This document shows positions 14,029 through 26,774 of a stretch of DNA of 61,081 bases, piece by piece. Each line of letters begins with the position of its first letter. The first letter of the stretch is position 1. The notes under the pieces are model-generated. The model was given only the letters and a program-made list of their open reading frames with translations, searched no databases and was not told where the DNA came from. A program made the position numbers and the translations under genes. This stretch comes from Atractiella rhizophila (Eukaryota): assembly GCA_021432655.1 (NCBI GenBank), contig MU271243.1:6374-67454 (forward strand), given 5' to 3'.

Positions 14029-15607
14029 TCAAATTATCACTTTTTTAAGCCATTCTGCAAGTCTCGTTGCCACCTATGCATTGGAATGAGATGTTGTCGA
14101 ACTCAAAAAAGGAAGTTAACAGACCTCTTCGTGCCTTTCGACAGGCAGGAAATGGCCGGTTTGGTCATCGCCTATTCTAGCTTGAGTGAGCAAACTCTCC
14201 TCAGCGACCAATCTCTTCCATATTCCTTCCACGTCCTGTCTAGAGGACAAGTGGATGGAACAAAGCTGTAGGACTGGCACTTGGAGCTTCCTGCCATTTT
14301 GGCGGTCTTCTTCTTCGATCATAGTATCACACCTGAAACCTAGGATCATGGTACTCTCAGTGTTGTCATGTCAGCATTGTATGGAACTACATACCGGCAC
14401 GATAATCAGCGAGTGCACCTTGAACACAACGCGGATTGCGATAAGGAAGAATCCAAGACTGCATGGCATTTTCATCGAAATTGCCCTTAAATCGAGTTCC
14501 AGTCCAGCTGTCAACTTAAAGTTTTGTTATACTTGAGACTGCAACAAAGCAACAGACAAACTCGTGTGACTGAGCTCTGAGGTTCAACGACAACGCATAC
14601 TCGCACAAAGACACTTACCGAATGTAAAGATCCGGATTAGCTGAAATAAGCTGCTCTGGTAAGGGAGGAGGTAAGGCGAGGAAGATCTGTCATCATTTCA
14701 AGTACATCCACCGCAGTTCACAGATATCATCTCCACTCACCCAGTGATAGGTCCCCAGCATCGCCGCACGATTGCGTGACAAACTGTCGAATACCTGTGG
14801 TACGACCTGAGCACGACAAATACAGAGTCGAGTGAATTGGAGGCACCTCCGTGAATGGGACGATGTCCTGCACGTTGATTCCCAGCATCCTGTCAGCTAC
14901 AAAGCATGAAATTTGAGTTCATTTGAACGACCGAGAGGTTGTAAAACCATACGATGGTCCAATCCCAGGCGGTAACAGACACGAGCTGAAAAGAGCTCAG
15001 TTTTACAAACTTTGTCCAAAATGTCGAGCTCACCTCCACGATCGTGACCGCACGCGATGAACTTCTTCCCCTCCCCGTATATCTCATCGATCAGATGGAC
15101 GATATCATTACCCATAGCCCGCTAAAACCCAAGTTAGCTAACACTCTAGATCCAAGGTCGAAAACGACACCTTGGAATAGTTAGACCACGATCCATCGGC
15201 CGATGGTTCTTTCTTCGAATTGCCATAGCCTTCTGTCATTGTCAGCGTAGATCAGCTTCGAACAAAAGTTTCTCAACCTGGAAGATCAGGAATAATGACA
15301 TCGTACTCCAGCGGCAATAAGGGTGCAACTTGGTACCTAGCATGATAATGATCAAGACTGTGCAACCAATTGATTAATTAGACTGGCCAACCAGAGAGTA
15401 TGATTCTGGGGGTATCCTACATCGACCTTCAGTAAATAGCTGAGATCTAACAACTTCCTCACCGTGCAACAGAACAACTGGGGTCGCATCCTCCTTCACC
15501 GACTTGCGTATCAGAAAGAACAATTTTGTATCAGCAGGCGCATCGACTCCACGGTGTAAATCCGCAGAATGAGCTTCAAACTCATCTGGGTACAACGTCG
15601 TCGGCAT
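14029..15607 (-). CDS. Alpha/beta hydrolase, haloacetate (fluoroacetate) dehalogenase / epoxide hydrolase family
   Basis: Spliced motifs VVLLHG|YPQNH, IPDLP|GYGNS, GHDRG|ARVCYRL, TYHW|IFLALPPPLPEQLISANPD, LADYRA|G, GHFLPVE. Confidence 0.85.
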
Positions 15608-15964
15608 TGACGTTCGCGTAATAGAGGGAAGCTGAAAATTGCGTCCCATTATAAATATAAGCGATCAGCTAGCAGGTCTGACAGCTTATTGAAGCTGTAA
15701 GCTGCGGTGGCACTGGCACACGCGATGGCTTTACAGGAACACGTGAGATATTAGTAGCAAACTGATAAACCGTGTATATCGGCCCAGACGAAGAGAATTC
15801 ATCTATATTCAACAGTCACAATTCAAGATCGTGACCAAAGATAAGTTATTAGCGACACGGCTAGGATTGAATAGCAAAATAGCTTTATAAGCTTGCGATT
15901 GACTATATATTTCGATGCAAGCTACAAATGTGGTACCATCCATGCCAATACGTTTGGCAATGAA

Positions 15965-17095
15965 TCAGAGATTGGCCTTTCCTCTTTTAATGGAGACTGG
16001 AAGCTTCATTTCGTCCTCCTGAGCGCTAAAAGAACTGGCTATGATTTCCACTCTATCCAGCTGGCCCGGTGCCTTACGCTCGAATTGAGGTTTTCGAGGA
16101 GAGTAGGCGATTTCAGCCACTTGAATGAGAATGTCGGCGGTGAGACCCCATATTCGCTGTTTCTTGGATTGGAATGTATGGAATCTGTAGGGTGGATTAT
16201 CTGGACTGGGCCACCGGGAATCGCTGAAAGTGTGATACGGCTGCTCGCCAGTTGCTATTGGACGAGGGAGGGAATGCAAAACCGGCTCTTGAGGTTCTAT
16301 TGGTTCTCATAAGAGCGTAAAAGGAATGCAAGAGGAACCCACCGTGGAAAAGGAATGCCTCCAGCGGGTGGGAGAAGATGGAGGATACTTCCGATGGATT
16401 CAGCGAAGGCTGTTGGTATGGATCAATTATCAGGCAAACTGAAAAGCTGTTAAAAGAAAATTAAGAGGGGTTGTTGAAATACTAACCAACAGGCGTAACT
16501 ATGAGACCCGCTCGGCTGTAGAACGGCTCTAATAATGTCAAAAATCGAATTTTATCGGAGTCGATCTCCAATCCAATCTCCTCCCAAGCTTCCCTACGTG
16601 CAGTGTGTACAAGAGAGGCATCTTGTTGCTCCCATTTACCGCCTGGACATAATGTTTGTGACGCAATGGCGATGAGTTGAATGGACACTTGCCTGGTAGT
16701 GAGACTTCTCCGGGATGGGAGCGTAGTGTCAAGGCTCGAGTATTCAGCAAAACATAAAGGTCACCGTGCCTAGTATGAGTGTGTCCGTCAACAGTTCCAA
16801 GAAGTGGTCGAATGAAGCGGCGCACCTTCCAGGAAACAAAGCTGCTGGAATTCAGCGGCAATCATCGACAGGAGAATGGTTGACTTACCTACCTATTAAA
16901 CGTGAGTTCTCGATTCATTATGGAAATATAGGGACGGACCATTACAGCAGCTCGACGTTCCATGGGAAAAGTGTCTTCCCTCGGGGTATATTCGACTAGG
17001 TTATTCAAGGCCAGGAGGCTGGTTTCTGTCAAAGGGTCCATGTCCAGTGGCGGAGGGGTGTCGTCTAAATCATAAGGCGGTTTGCTGGGCGACAT
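15965..17095 (-). CDS. PCD1: Nudix hydrolase, CoA diphosphatase (Pcd1/NUDT7-8 type)
   Basis: RRAAVM, VLLNTRALTLRSHPGEVSLP|GGKWEQQDASLVHTARREAWEEIGL (NuCoA motif plus Nudix box), RIWGLTADIL. Confidence 0.85.
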
Positions 17096-17593
17096 TTTGT
17101 TTCTTCTTCTCTTTGAAAAGTACGTCTGTTCGCATTTCCTTGTTTGTCAGATATTTTGGCAATTCATTCATTGTTGGAAGCGAAGAAGGAGAATCAAAGG
17201 GCAATCTTGCATGCATAGACTAGATGGCCAATTAAGGTGTCCAGTCACATTCACGTCCTACAAGGATATGGTATAAACGAGAAAACGTTAGGGTTGAGAG
17301 AGTCATCGACAGCCTGAACACACTGCACTCGCTCAAGCATTCTGAAGCTGACGCTCAGCGAGCTTGAGAACAAAGAAGTCGTGTGACTTAAGACTCAGTC
17401 GAAACTTTATGGCACTCACCTCTTCTGTCTATTATCTGCAAGTTATCTGAGCCGCAATAGTTTCAACAAAATTGTTGACCACTTTGCATAAGTTGCATGT
17501 TGCGTAACAGTTGTCGGCTGCTGCAGCCGTGCGGATGTTTGGCGAGTAAACGCGTGACAAGGTTGCACAATCAAGATCGTGCGCTTGAACACG

Positions 17594-20500
17594 ATGGGTG
17601 AGCCTTTCTACCTGTTCTTCAGCTGCATCAGCTAACATTCCTGCTGCAAGACAAGGAAATTATTAAGGGGCTCCTAGACAAGTGAGCTCTCAGCCTGCGT
17701 TAGAGTGTCTTATAATGAGACCCTGTGGAGCAGGCAGTATGACAGGCGGAAGAAAGCCACCCAGGAGATCGAGAAAACGGTCAGAGAGCTCGTTCTGCAG
17801 CCAACAGGGGCCGCAAAGATCAACGAGATGATATCTCAACTTGCGGTCCTGGCTGCGTCCCCAGACAGCGCGCACAACGCTCGAATAGGAGGAGCCATGG
17901 GTCTTGCATCCGTGTCACTGGCTTTAGGGCCTGCTCACCTTGTGAAGACATTTCCCTCCCTTTGCTTGGTTGCGTCTCACATAATCGCACATAGTCCAAA
18001 TTCCTGGGCAGCCTCATTCCCCCTATCAGCATTGGCCTACGAGATTCTAGCAATTCTATACGATACTTCGACTTAGAGAGCATGTACAACGTTACTAAGG
18101 TCGCTAAAGGGGACATACTGCCATGGTTTAATGAACTTTTTGATGCTCTTAGTGTGGTGAGCACAATTCCGATTATTGTACCGCGAAGGTGGTTGTGGAG
18201 ACCTTCTTCAGCTAGTCTGTGATCACGACGCTCCGGTTCGAAGCGGAACTGAACTCCTCGACCGTCTCCTCAAGGACATCGTAGCCGAGCAAGCCGCTAG
18301 TTATATCTCCCCAGACTACGAAGCCCAGCTAGCTCGAGAAAGCGAAGAGGAATCAGAAGATGAGAATGAGAAGATCAACTTGCTCCATCAACGTTCGATA
18401 CAGAATGGTATCGATGGAAAAGGTAAGTGCGCGTTAGAATAATGATTTGGCATCTGATGATTTGTGGCTTGTAGATGTGACTCCAAGAAACCTGCCTGCT
18501 TCACTCCCTCATCCTTACGACACCCCACAGAATACGCCGACGAAGAAAAAACAGAAGAAGCGAGAATACGAACCTCCAGCTCGAATTCGAGCGTTCAATC
18601 TTGAGAGATTTATTCCTCTCCTCAAAGAACGCCTAACTGTCCTTGCTCCGCCGACACAAATGTTTCTCTGCTCCTGGATCTCTTTGTTCAATAGCATCCC
18701 AGACCTATCGCTGGTCAATTACCTCCCGAGCTTTATGCCTGGACTCTTGAAATATCTCGGAAATGACATCAGCATAGAAGTCGTTCAAGAAGCCCTTGCA
18801 TTATTGGGCCAATTTCTGAGGGAAATCGAATTGGCAGAAGAATATAAGGAGAGGAGGAGGAGGAGGCTGGAAGACCTTAGACGAGAGCGGGAAGAGCACA
18901 AGGAAGCCCTTCTTGCTCAAGGCCATGACATTAATGACCTGGACCTCCCTGAGATCACCGAAGATGACCTGGAAGACGACGGTTGGGTCCCTGAACAGCT
19001 CAACATCGATCATGAGGGTATCGTCGACGCTCTTGTAACAGCCATGGAACTTTACTACGACGGCAAGCATTTTTCCTTTCACTTTTTACTTGTTGATGTC
19101 TCTCGTTAGATGTGACAACTCTCAACACAATCCTCAAATGGCTTCACGCGTTTTTGCGTATCGCACCTAATGTCCTCATCCCTTTCATTCCTCGCCTAAT
19201 CCCCTTCATTCTCAAATCACTTTCCCACGACACCCCATATATTCGTGAAGCCGCGGCTCGAGTCGATGCTGATGGACTTAGAGCCCTTATTCTATCTCTT
19301 CCTGACCCTGCGCCGCTCCCAGTTCGGATAGATTCGCTGGCATCGCAAGTCAATTCATCGCCTTCAGTGAAAGATCGCAATAAAACTGCATCCCCGACGC
19401 TATCGACCAATTCATCAGCGTCTATTCCGTTCCCCTCTGGTACTTCAGCCTCTTCGGTTTCCGTTCCGAACGCCACCAAGGCGAGCGTCAGATCAATCCC
19501 CTCCGGCCTGTCGCAGGGAACCATCGTGGAGAGCGCAAATACTAGCGTGGACTCTTTGCCGGTCATTTCGGAAGGAAAGCCTCCTCCTTCCCCGAGCCAG
19601 GATGACCAAGGTCCCAAATTTGAGCTTGTCGAACGACTGGACTGGGACTCGACCATACATGCGCTTCATGTGCTCTTCGTGCACGATAACAAGAAGACTC
19701 GTGTCGCTGCCATGGAGTGGCTGATGATGCTTCATCAAAAGGCACCGACGAAGGTGAGATCTCAATCTCACAATGATACAGTTTTGACTGTTCCTCGTAG
19801 ATAACGGCTTCAGGACCGGTCTTTCCTTCCTTACTCACCTGTTTATCGGACGAATCGGATGAAGTGATCATGACGGATCTACGCTTGGTAGCACAGATCC
19901 TTGGGGCCTCTCCTGAAGATGCTCTTCGAAACTACTTGATTGATCTTTTAAAGCTACTCGCTTCAGATCGACGGTTGCTAGAGACCCGAGGAACTTTAAT
20001 CATTCGTTTGCTTTGCGAATACCTTGCAACGGAATCTGTTTACAAGATGCTCGCTGAACTGTTAGAGAAGGACGTGGTACGTAAAAGGTCGCGAACGCTC
20101 TCCGTTTTACTGATCCCAAGTACCGTTCTGTAGGTTCAAGATCTTGATTTTTGTAGCACAATGGTCCAGAACTTGACCATGATTCTTCTCACGACGCCTG
20201 AAATGGGAGAGTTCCGTCGCAAGCTCAAAAATCTTGATACCCGCGTACGTATCGCTCCCCAACCCGCCAAACATTAATCGTGCTTTGCAGGACGGGCAAG
20301 TCGTCTTCACGGCACTCTACCGGTCATGGTCACATAATGCTGTCGCTACATTTGCCCTCTGCCTACTTGCGCAGGCTTATGAGCACGCTGCAAATCTTTT
20401 ACAAACTTTGTGAGCTTCAGCGCTGTCGTTCAACCAGATATCCTGACTGCTCTAAAGCGGGGACTTGGAAGTTACAGTCAATATGCTCATTCAGATAGAC

Positions 20501-23500
20501 AAATTTGTCTCTCTGTTAGAGTCACCGGTGTTTACAGGTAAGCACTCGATACCTGTTTCACTGTTGCCTAATCTTCGAATAGCTCTGCGGCTGCAGCTTC
20601 TAGAACCTGAAAAATACCCATACCTCTTCAAAGCTCTTTACGGCCTACTGATGCTACTACCTCAGAGTAGCGCTTTCACTATGCTGCGAAATCGTCTCAA
20701 TAGCGTCAGCGCGCTGGGCTTCCTCCATGCTGTTCCGCGAGGGTAAGCGGTGTCCCATCGAACGCGTAACGCAGCTGATCAAGCGGCGCAGACCTTACCC
20801 AACCCCCCAACCAACACCCAACTCACGGCCATCCACTCTTCGTGGGAGAGAGGACCTCAAATGGAACGAACTACTTTCCCATTTCCGGACCGTGCAATTA
20901 CGACATGAGCGCTCTCGTGGACGGTCGAATTACTATGACAACGAGGTATACGAGCCTAGTTTTACAAGACAATACTCACAGATTCCCCTGGAAGGGCCGC
21001 CGCAGTTCAAAGCAGCCCCAACAAAGAAGAAGAGATATTGTACCGCAAAGGTGGTTGTGGAGACCTTCTTCAGCTAGTCTGTGATCACGACGCTCCGGTT
21101 CGAAGCGGAACTGAACTCCTCGACCGTCTCCTCAAGGACATCGTAGCCGAGCAAGCCGCTAGTTATATCTCCCCAGACTACGAAGCCCAGCTAGCTCGAG
21201 AAAGCGAAGAGGAATCAGAAGATGAGAATGAGAAGATCAACTTGCTCCATCAACGTTCGATACAGAATGGTATCGATGGAAAAGGTAAGTGCGCGTTAGA
21301 ATAATGATTTGGCATCTGATGATTTGTGGCTTGTAGATGTGACTCCAAGAAACCTGCCTGCTTCACTCCCTCATCCTTACGACACCCCACAGAATACGCC
21401 GACGAAGAAAAAACAGAAGAAGCGAGAATACGAACCTCCAGCTCGAATTCGAGCGTTCAATCTTGAGAGATTTATTCCTCTCCTCAAAGAACGCCTAACT
21501 GTCCTTGCTCCGCCGACACAAATGTTTCTCTGCTCCTGGATCTCTTTGTTCAATAGCATCCCAGACCTATCGCTGGTCAATTACCTCCCGAGCTTTATGC
21601 CTGGACTCTTGAAATATCTCGGAAATGACATCAGCATAGAAGTCGTTCAAGAAGCCCTTGCATTATTGGGCCAATTTCTGAGGGAAATCGAATTGGCAGA
21701 AGAATATAAGGAGAGGAGGAGGAGGAGGCTGGAAGACCTTAGACGAGAGCGGGAAGAGCACAAGGAAGCCCTTCTTGCTCAAGGCCATGACATTAATGAC
21801 CTGGACCTCCCTGAGATCACCGAAGATGACCTGGAAGACGACGGTTGGGTCCCTGAACAGCTCAACATCGATCATGAGGGTATCGTCGACGCTCTTGTAA
21901 CAGCCATGGAACTTTACTACGACGGCAAGCATTTTTTCCTTTCACTTTTTACTTGTTGATGTCTCTCGTTAGATGTGACAACTCTCAACACAATCCTCAA
22001 ATGGCTTCACGCGTTTTTGCGTATCGCACCTAATGTCCTCATCCCTTTCATTCCTCGCCTAATCCCCTTCATTCTCAAATCACTTTCCCACGACACCCCA
22101 TATATTCGTGAAGCCGCGGCTCGAGTCGATGCTGATGGACTTAGAGCCCTTATTCTATCTCTTCCTGACCCTGCGCCGCTCCCAGTTCGGATAGATTCGC
22201 TGGCATCGCAAGTCAATTCATCGCCTTCAGTGAAAGATCGCAATAAAACTGCATCCCCGACGCTATCGACCAATTCATCAGCGTCTATTCCGTTCCCCTC
22301 TGGTACTTCAGCCTCTTCGGTTTCCGTTCCGAACGCCACCAAGGCGAGCGTCAGATCAATCCCCTCCGGCCTGTCGCAGGGAACCATCGTGGAGAGCGCA
22401 AATACTAGCGTGGACTCTTTGCCGGTCATTTCGGAAGGAAAGCCTCCTCCTTCCCCGAGCCAGGATGACCAAGGTCCCAAATTTGAGCTTGTCGAACGAC
22501 TGGACTGGGACTCGACCATACATGCGCTTCATGTGCTCTTCGTGCACGATAACAAGAAGACTCGTGTCGCTGCCATGGAGTGGCTGATGATGCTTCATCA
22601 AAAGGCACCGACGAAGGTGAGATCTCAATCTCACAATGATACAGTTTTGACTGTTCCTCGTAGATAACGGCTTCAGGACCGGTCTTTCCTTCCTTACTCA
22701 CCTGTTTATCGGACGAATCGGATGAAGTGATCATGACGGATCTACGCTTGGTAGCACAGATCCTTGGGGCCTCTCCTGAAGATGCTCTTCGAAACTACTT
22801 GATTGATCTTTTAAAGCTACTCGCTTCAGATCGACGGTTGCTAGAGACCCGAGGAACTTTAATCATTCGTTTGCTTTGCGAATACCTTGCAACGGAATCT
22901 GTTTACAAGATGCTCGCTGAACTGTTAGAGAAGGACGTGGTACGTAAAAGGTCGCGAACGCTCTCCGTTTTACTGATCCCAAGTACCGTTCTGTAGGTTC
23001 AAGATCTTGATTTTTGTAGCACAATGGTCCAGAACTTGACCATGATTCTTCTCACGACGCCTGAAATGGGAGAGTTCCGTCGCAAGCTCAAAAATCTTGA
23101 TACCCGCGTACGTATCGCTCCCCAACCCGCCAAACATTAATCGTGCTTTGCAGGACGGGCAAGTCGTCTTCACGGCACTCTACCGGTCATGGTCACATAA
23201 TGCTGTCGCTACATTTGCCCTCTGCCTACTTGCGCAGGCTTATGAGCACGCTGCAAATCTTTTACAAACTTTGTGAGCTTCAGCGCTGTCGTTCAACCAG
23301 ATATCCTGACTGCTCTAAAGCGGGGACTTGGAAGTTACAGTCAATATGCTCATTCAGATAGACAAATTTGTCTCTCTGTTAGAGTCACCGGTGTTTACAG
23401 GTATGCACTCGATATCTGTTTTCACCGTTGCCTAATCTTGGAATAGCTCTGCGGCTGCAGCTTCTAGAACCTGAAAAATACCCATACCTCTTCAAAGCTC

Positions 23501-23989
23501 TTTACGGCCTGCTGATGCTACTCCCTCAGAGTAGCGCTTTCACTATGCTGCGAAATCGTCTCAATAGCGTCAGCGCGCTGGGCTTCCTCCATGCTGTTCC
23601 GCGAGGGTAAGCGGTGTCCCATCGAACGCGTAACGCAGCTGATCAAGCGGCGCAGACCTTACCCAACCCCCCAACCAACACCCAACTCACGGCCATCCAC
23701 TCTTCGTGGGAGAGAGGACCTCAAATGGAACGAACTACTTTCCCATTTCCGGACCGTGCAATTACGACATGAGCGCTCTCGTGGACGGTCGAATTACTAT
23801 GACAACGAGGTATACGAGCCTAGTTTTACAAGACAATACTCACAGATTCCCCTGGAAGGGCCGCCGCAGTTCAAAGCAGCCCCAACAAAGAAGAAGAGCG
23901 GGTCAACACCGCAGAAGAGTGAAGGGGCAGTAGGTAATTTCCTTTCCGCGATACAGCCCCGGAGGCGGTTTCCTAGCCTCAAACGCTAG
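17594..23989 (+). CDS. VAC14: Vac14 scaffold of the PI(3,5)P2/Fab1 complex; as assembled it contains a 2.86-kb internal tandem duplication
   Basis: [95 protein letters not shown]. Confidence 0.93.
18174..23898. repeat. About 2862-bp near-identical tandem duplication (18174-21035 / 21036-23898)
   Basis: Identical ORF sets at an offset of about 2862; junction ...AAGAAGAG-A-TATTGTACC; a handful of SNPs and indels between the copies. Confidence 0.97.
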
Positions 23990-24078
23990 AGAATGTGAAA
24001 CAATTTCTTGTACAAACACTGTATTTCGCGTAGTATACGTTAATATCATAACTGATTTGCCTCTTTGGGATCTGAATT

Positions 24079-26494
24079 TTACTCTTCATCCAAAGAGTCT
24101 GACCCAGCAAGATCAAGATACCCGTTCGAATCCTTATAGATCTTTAATGCTTGCTGGAGTTTAGGATAGAGATGTGAGCTAAAAAATCAGTCAGCGCCTG
24201 CTCAGCTATAAGAAGGGCAATCACAGATTTTCGGGCAGATTTCGACCACCTGCGAAGTCAATAGATAATATAAACATACAACTTAGCTGCGAAAGCAAGG
24301 ACCACAAACCATCCAGGTCGCGCATAAATCTAGCGATGGTCAGTTAGTGAATGATAACAACAAGGTCATGAGACATACCTTTGCTTGCACTCCCTGTAAT
24401 TTCTGTTCGGAATTTTAGGAACAATAACGTCCCAGTTCAAACCGACATCCGCAATCATTTCCACGAGGAGCTTGTCTTCATCTGGCATCCATTGATCGGA
24501 AGGAATGTGGTTCTTCTTGACGGCAGTTTCCCTCTAGTGTTACTATTAGTTTATCAATCATCTCCTGAAAATGTGAGGCACCTTCGGGGTTGTATGAACG
24601 ACTTGAGAAGTTGGAGCGAAACCAGATGAGTTTGAGGAGGACACTGCTGAATCGGGGGACAGAGGCAGAATGCGTGAAGTGACTGTTCCAAACATTGCGG
24701 CAGAAGTCGTCGCCCGTGCTGCACTGTTGGGCACACTTCCCGGAGTAGGGAACAAACTTGGCTTCTGCAACTCAGGAGGAGGGGTCTTCTCGGGATGCTG
24801 CTGCAATCCTTGGGTAGAAGCATGCTCCGCGAGGACGTCTAAAGCACTCTTTCGTGGAGCCAAGGGAGTGAGTGCAGTAGACGCTCCAGAAAGCCAGCGG
24901 GTGTCGCTTGAATCCACCCTTCTTCTCTTCGGACTCCCTCCGGGCACGTCGCCAGCCATGGGAGATAGCAGCTCGGTTTGCTCGCCTCTTGACGAGGTTC
25001 CTTCCGTGAAGATAGATTCCGCTGCATGTAATAGGTCGTCCATCCCGCCGCCCATGGAGGTCCTTGAAGTAGATAACGGAGCTTGATGCTGCGTCACCGC
25101 ACCTTTCCTTCGATTCGTCTGCGCGGAAAATGCTCGACGATGGGGTACATTGTTTGTCGAAAATATTTCCGAGTGGCCTCGATGCCTCTTAGGAGGGGAC
25201 GGAGGTGGAGGAGTGGTCAGGGTTTGTCGCTCGTCGTGATTCTGTTTGTATTGGTCTAAATGGTACGGGAGAGGAGAAACCTGCGTCGAAGGAGTCTGAG
25301 GTGGTTTGAGTTGCACAGATCCAGGGTGCGACGCTGGATGTGGCTGGAAAGGAGTCTTGGGGGATTGTACATCGTAGACACGATTCACCTGGGCCAAGCG
25401 CTTTCCAGCAAGGAGAAGAAGCTCCGATTCAGCGTCTCCCATGAGAGGCATCCGTTTCTTACTCCTGTCGACGGGATCTGTTTTCGTTGGAGCAGGACGT
25501 CGGTCGTGAGCATCTGGTGTAGGTGGAAACAGGGCAGGGTCGAGCGGAGTGATTCCAGAAGGAGGTGCTGGAACTCGGACGACCACCCTTGGCGCGCCGG
25601 TGAGAAGGTGTGATTTGAGTGAATGGACCTCCTTCGTCATTTGTTCCATTCGGCCTTCCGCCGTTGCAAGCTGTTGTTTACACCGTGAGACCTCCAAGTG
25701 CATCAAGAAGACATTTGTTACTCGCCTTCCTCTTCAAATCAATATTTTCGCTTTGGAGCTTTCGTTTATCCATTTGCAGCTCATGTTTCTGGTCCATCCA
25801 ACGTTGAGAAGAATCTCTGAAGCAAGAGAGAAGGAAACCAACCTCCACGGCATCAGCGTGTAGGGACCGCGCTGTAGGAGCGTAAACCGGGTCGTTGGTG
25901 GGAACTGGACCAAGTTTCCTCGCTAGTGCCAATGTCTCCCTCTTCAACATTTCTTTCTCCACCTCGGCGCGAGCGAGGTCCACCTTGGACCTGTTGAGGA
26001 TGGAAGAGTAGAGGGTGCTGTAAGTGCTGTTGAGATGGGCGATCTGCCAATAAAGTCAGCCGTTGAAGCTGGGCGAGGATCAGAAGATCTTCACTTTAAG
26101 GTCAAGCTCAAGCTTTTCTTGCTCATGCTTTCTCGTTACTGTCGAAGTATGATCTGCCAGACGCTTGACCTTCAACCCGACCAGAGTTCATCTCTAAACT
26201 ACAAGGCGAATAGAAACTCACCAGTTCCTTTAGCTCGAAGCTCGAAGCGTTTGCGTTCGCTCTCTCAAGAGCTTCCCTGACTACATCGTCGTTAATGGTG
26301 GCAGGATCTTTTGACTCGGGAAGCTTGTTTGGGAGTGACTCTGCTCCTGCGATGGACGTTGAAGAAGTTGTCCTATATTTCAAAGGACTTGTACTACCCG
26401 CAGGATGATGGGCAACCTTGCTTTTACCGCTTGGTTGATCGTATAAAGTGCGCAAGTCAGTGTAACGAGAATCCACAGGAATATCGGTAGACAT
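24079..26494 (-). CDS. Coiled-coil / low-complexity protein with a C-terminal Myb/SANT domain (putative transcription or chromatin regulator)
   Basis: The exon at about 24380-24530 translates DQWMPDEDKLLVEMIADVGLNWDVIVPKIPNRNYRECKQR, a Myb/SANT pattern. Upstream ORFs are coiled-coil and Pro/Ser-rich. Start (MSTDIP) and stop (DSLDEE*) are inferred. Confidence 0.7.
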
Positions 26495-26774
26495 GGTGTT
26501 TGACTGCAACTCGCGCGGAGAGAGATGTTGGTGGGTGTTATCGCTGGTGGTTCCTCTCAGTAAACAAATGTTGGCATAAGTGTTCGCATGAGAAAGTAGT
26601 AGTCGACGAATGCCTGATAAAAAGCAGTGGCAACGCCGCGTGTAGGTCACATGACGAGATTCATCAATGAGCATCAGCCTGGCATTATAGTATCCCTTTC
26701 ATTTTAATTAAGTAGTGAAGTAACACTTGCCCACTTTTCCTTCAACCAGCCACAGGCAAGCCACACTAGGCAGG

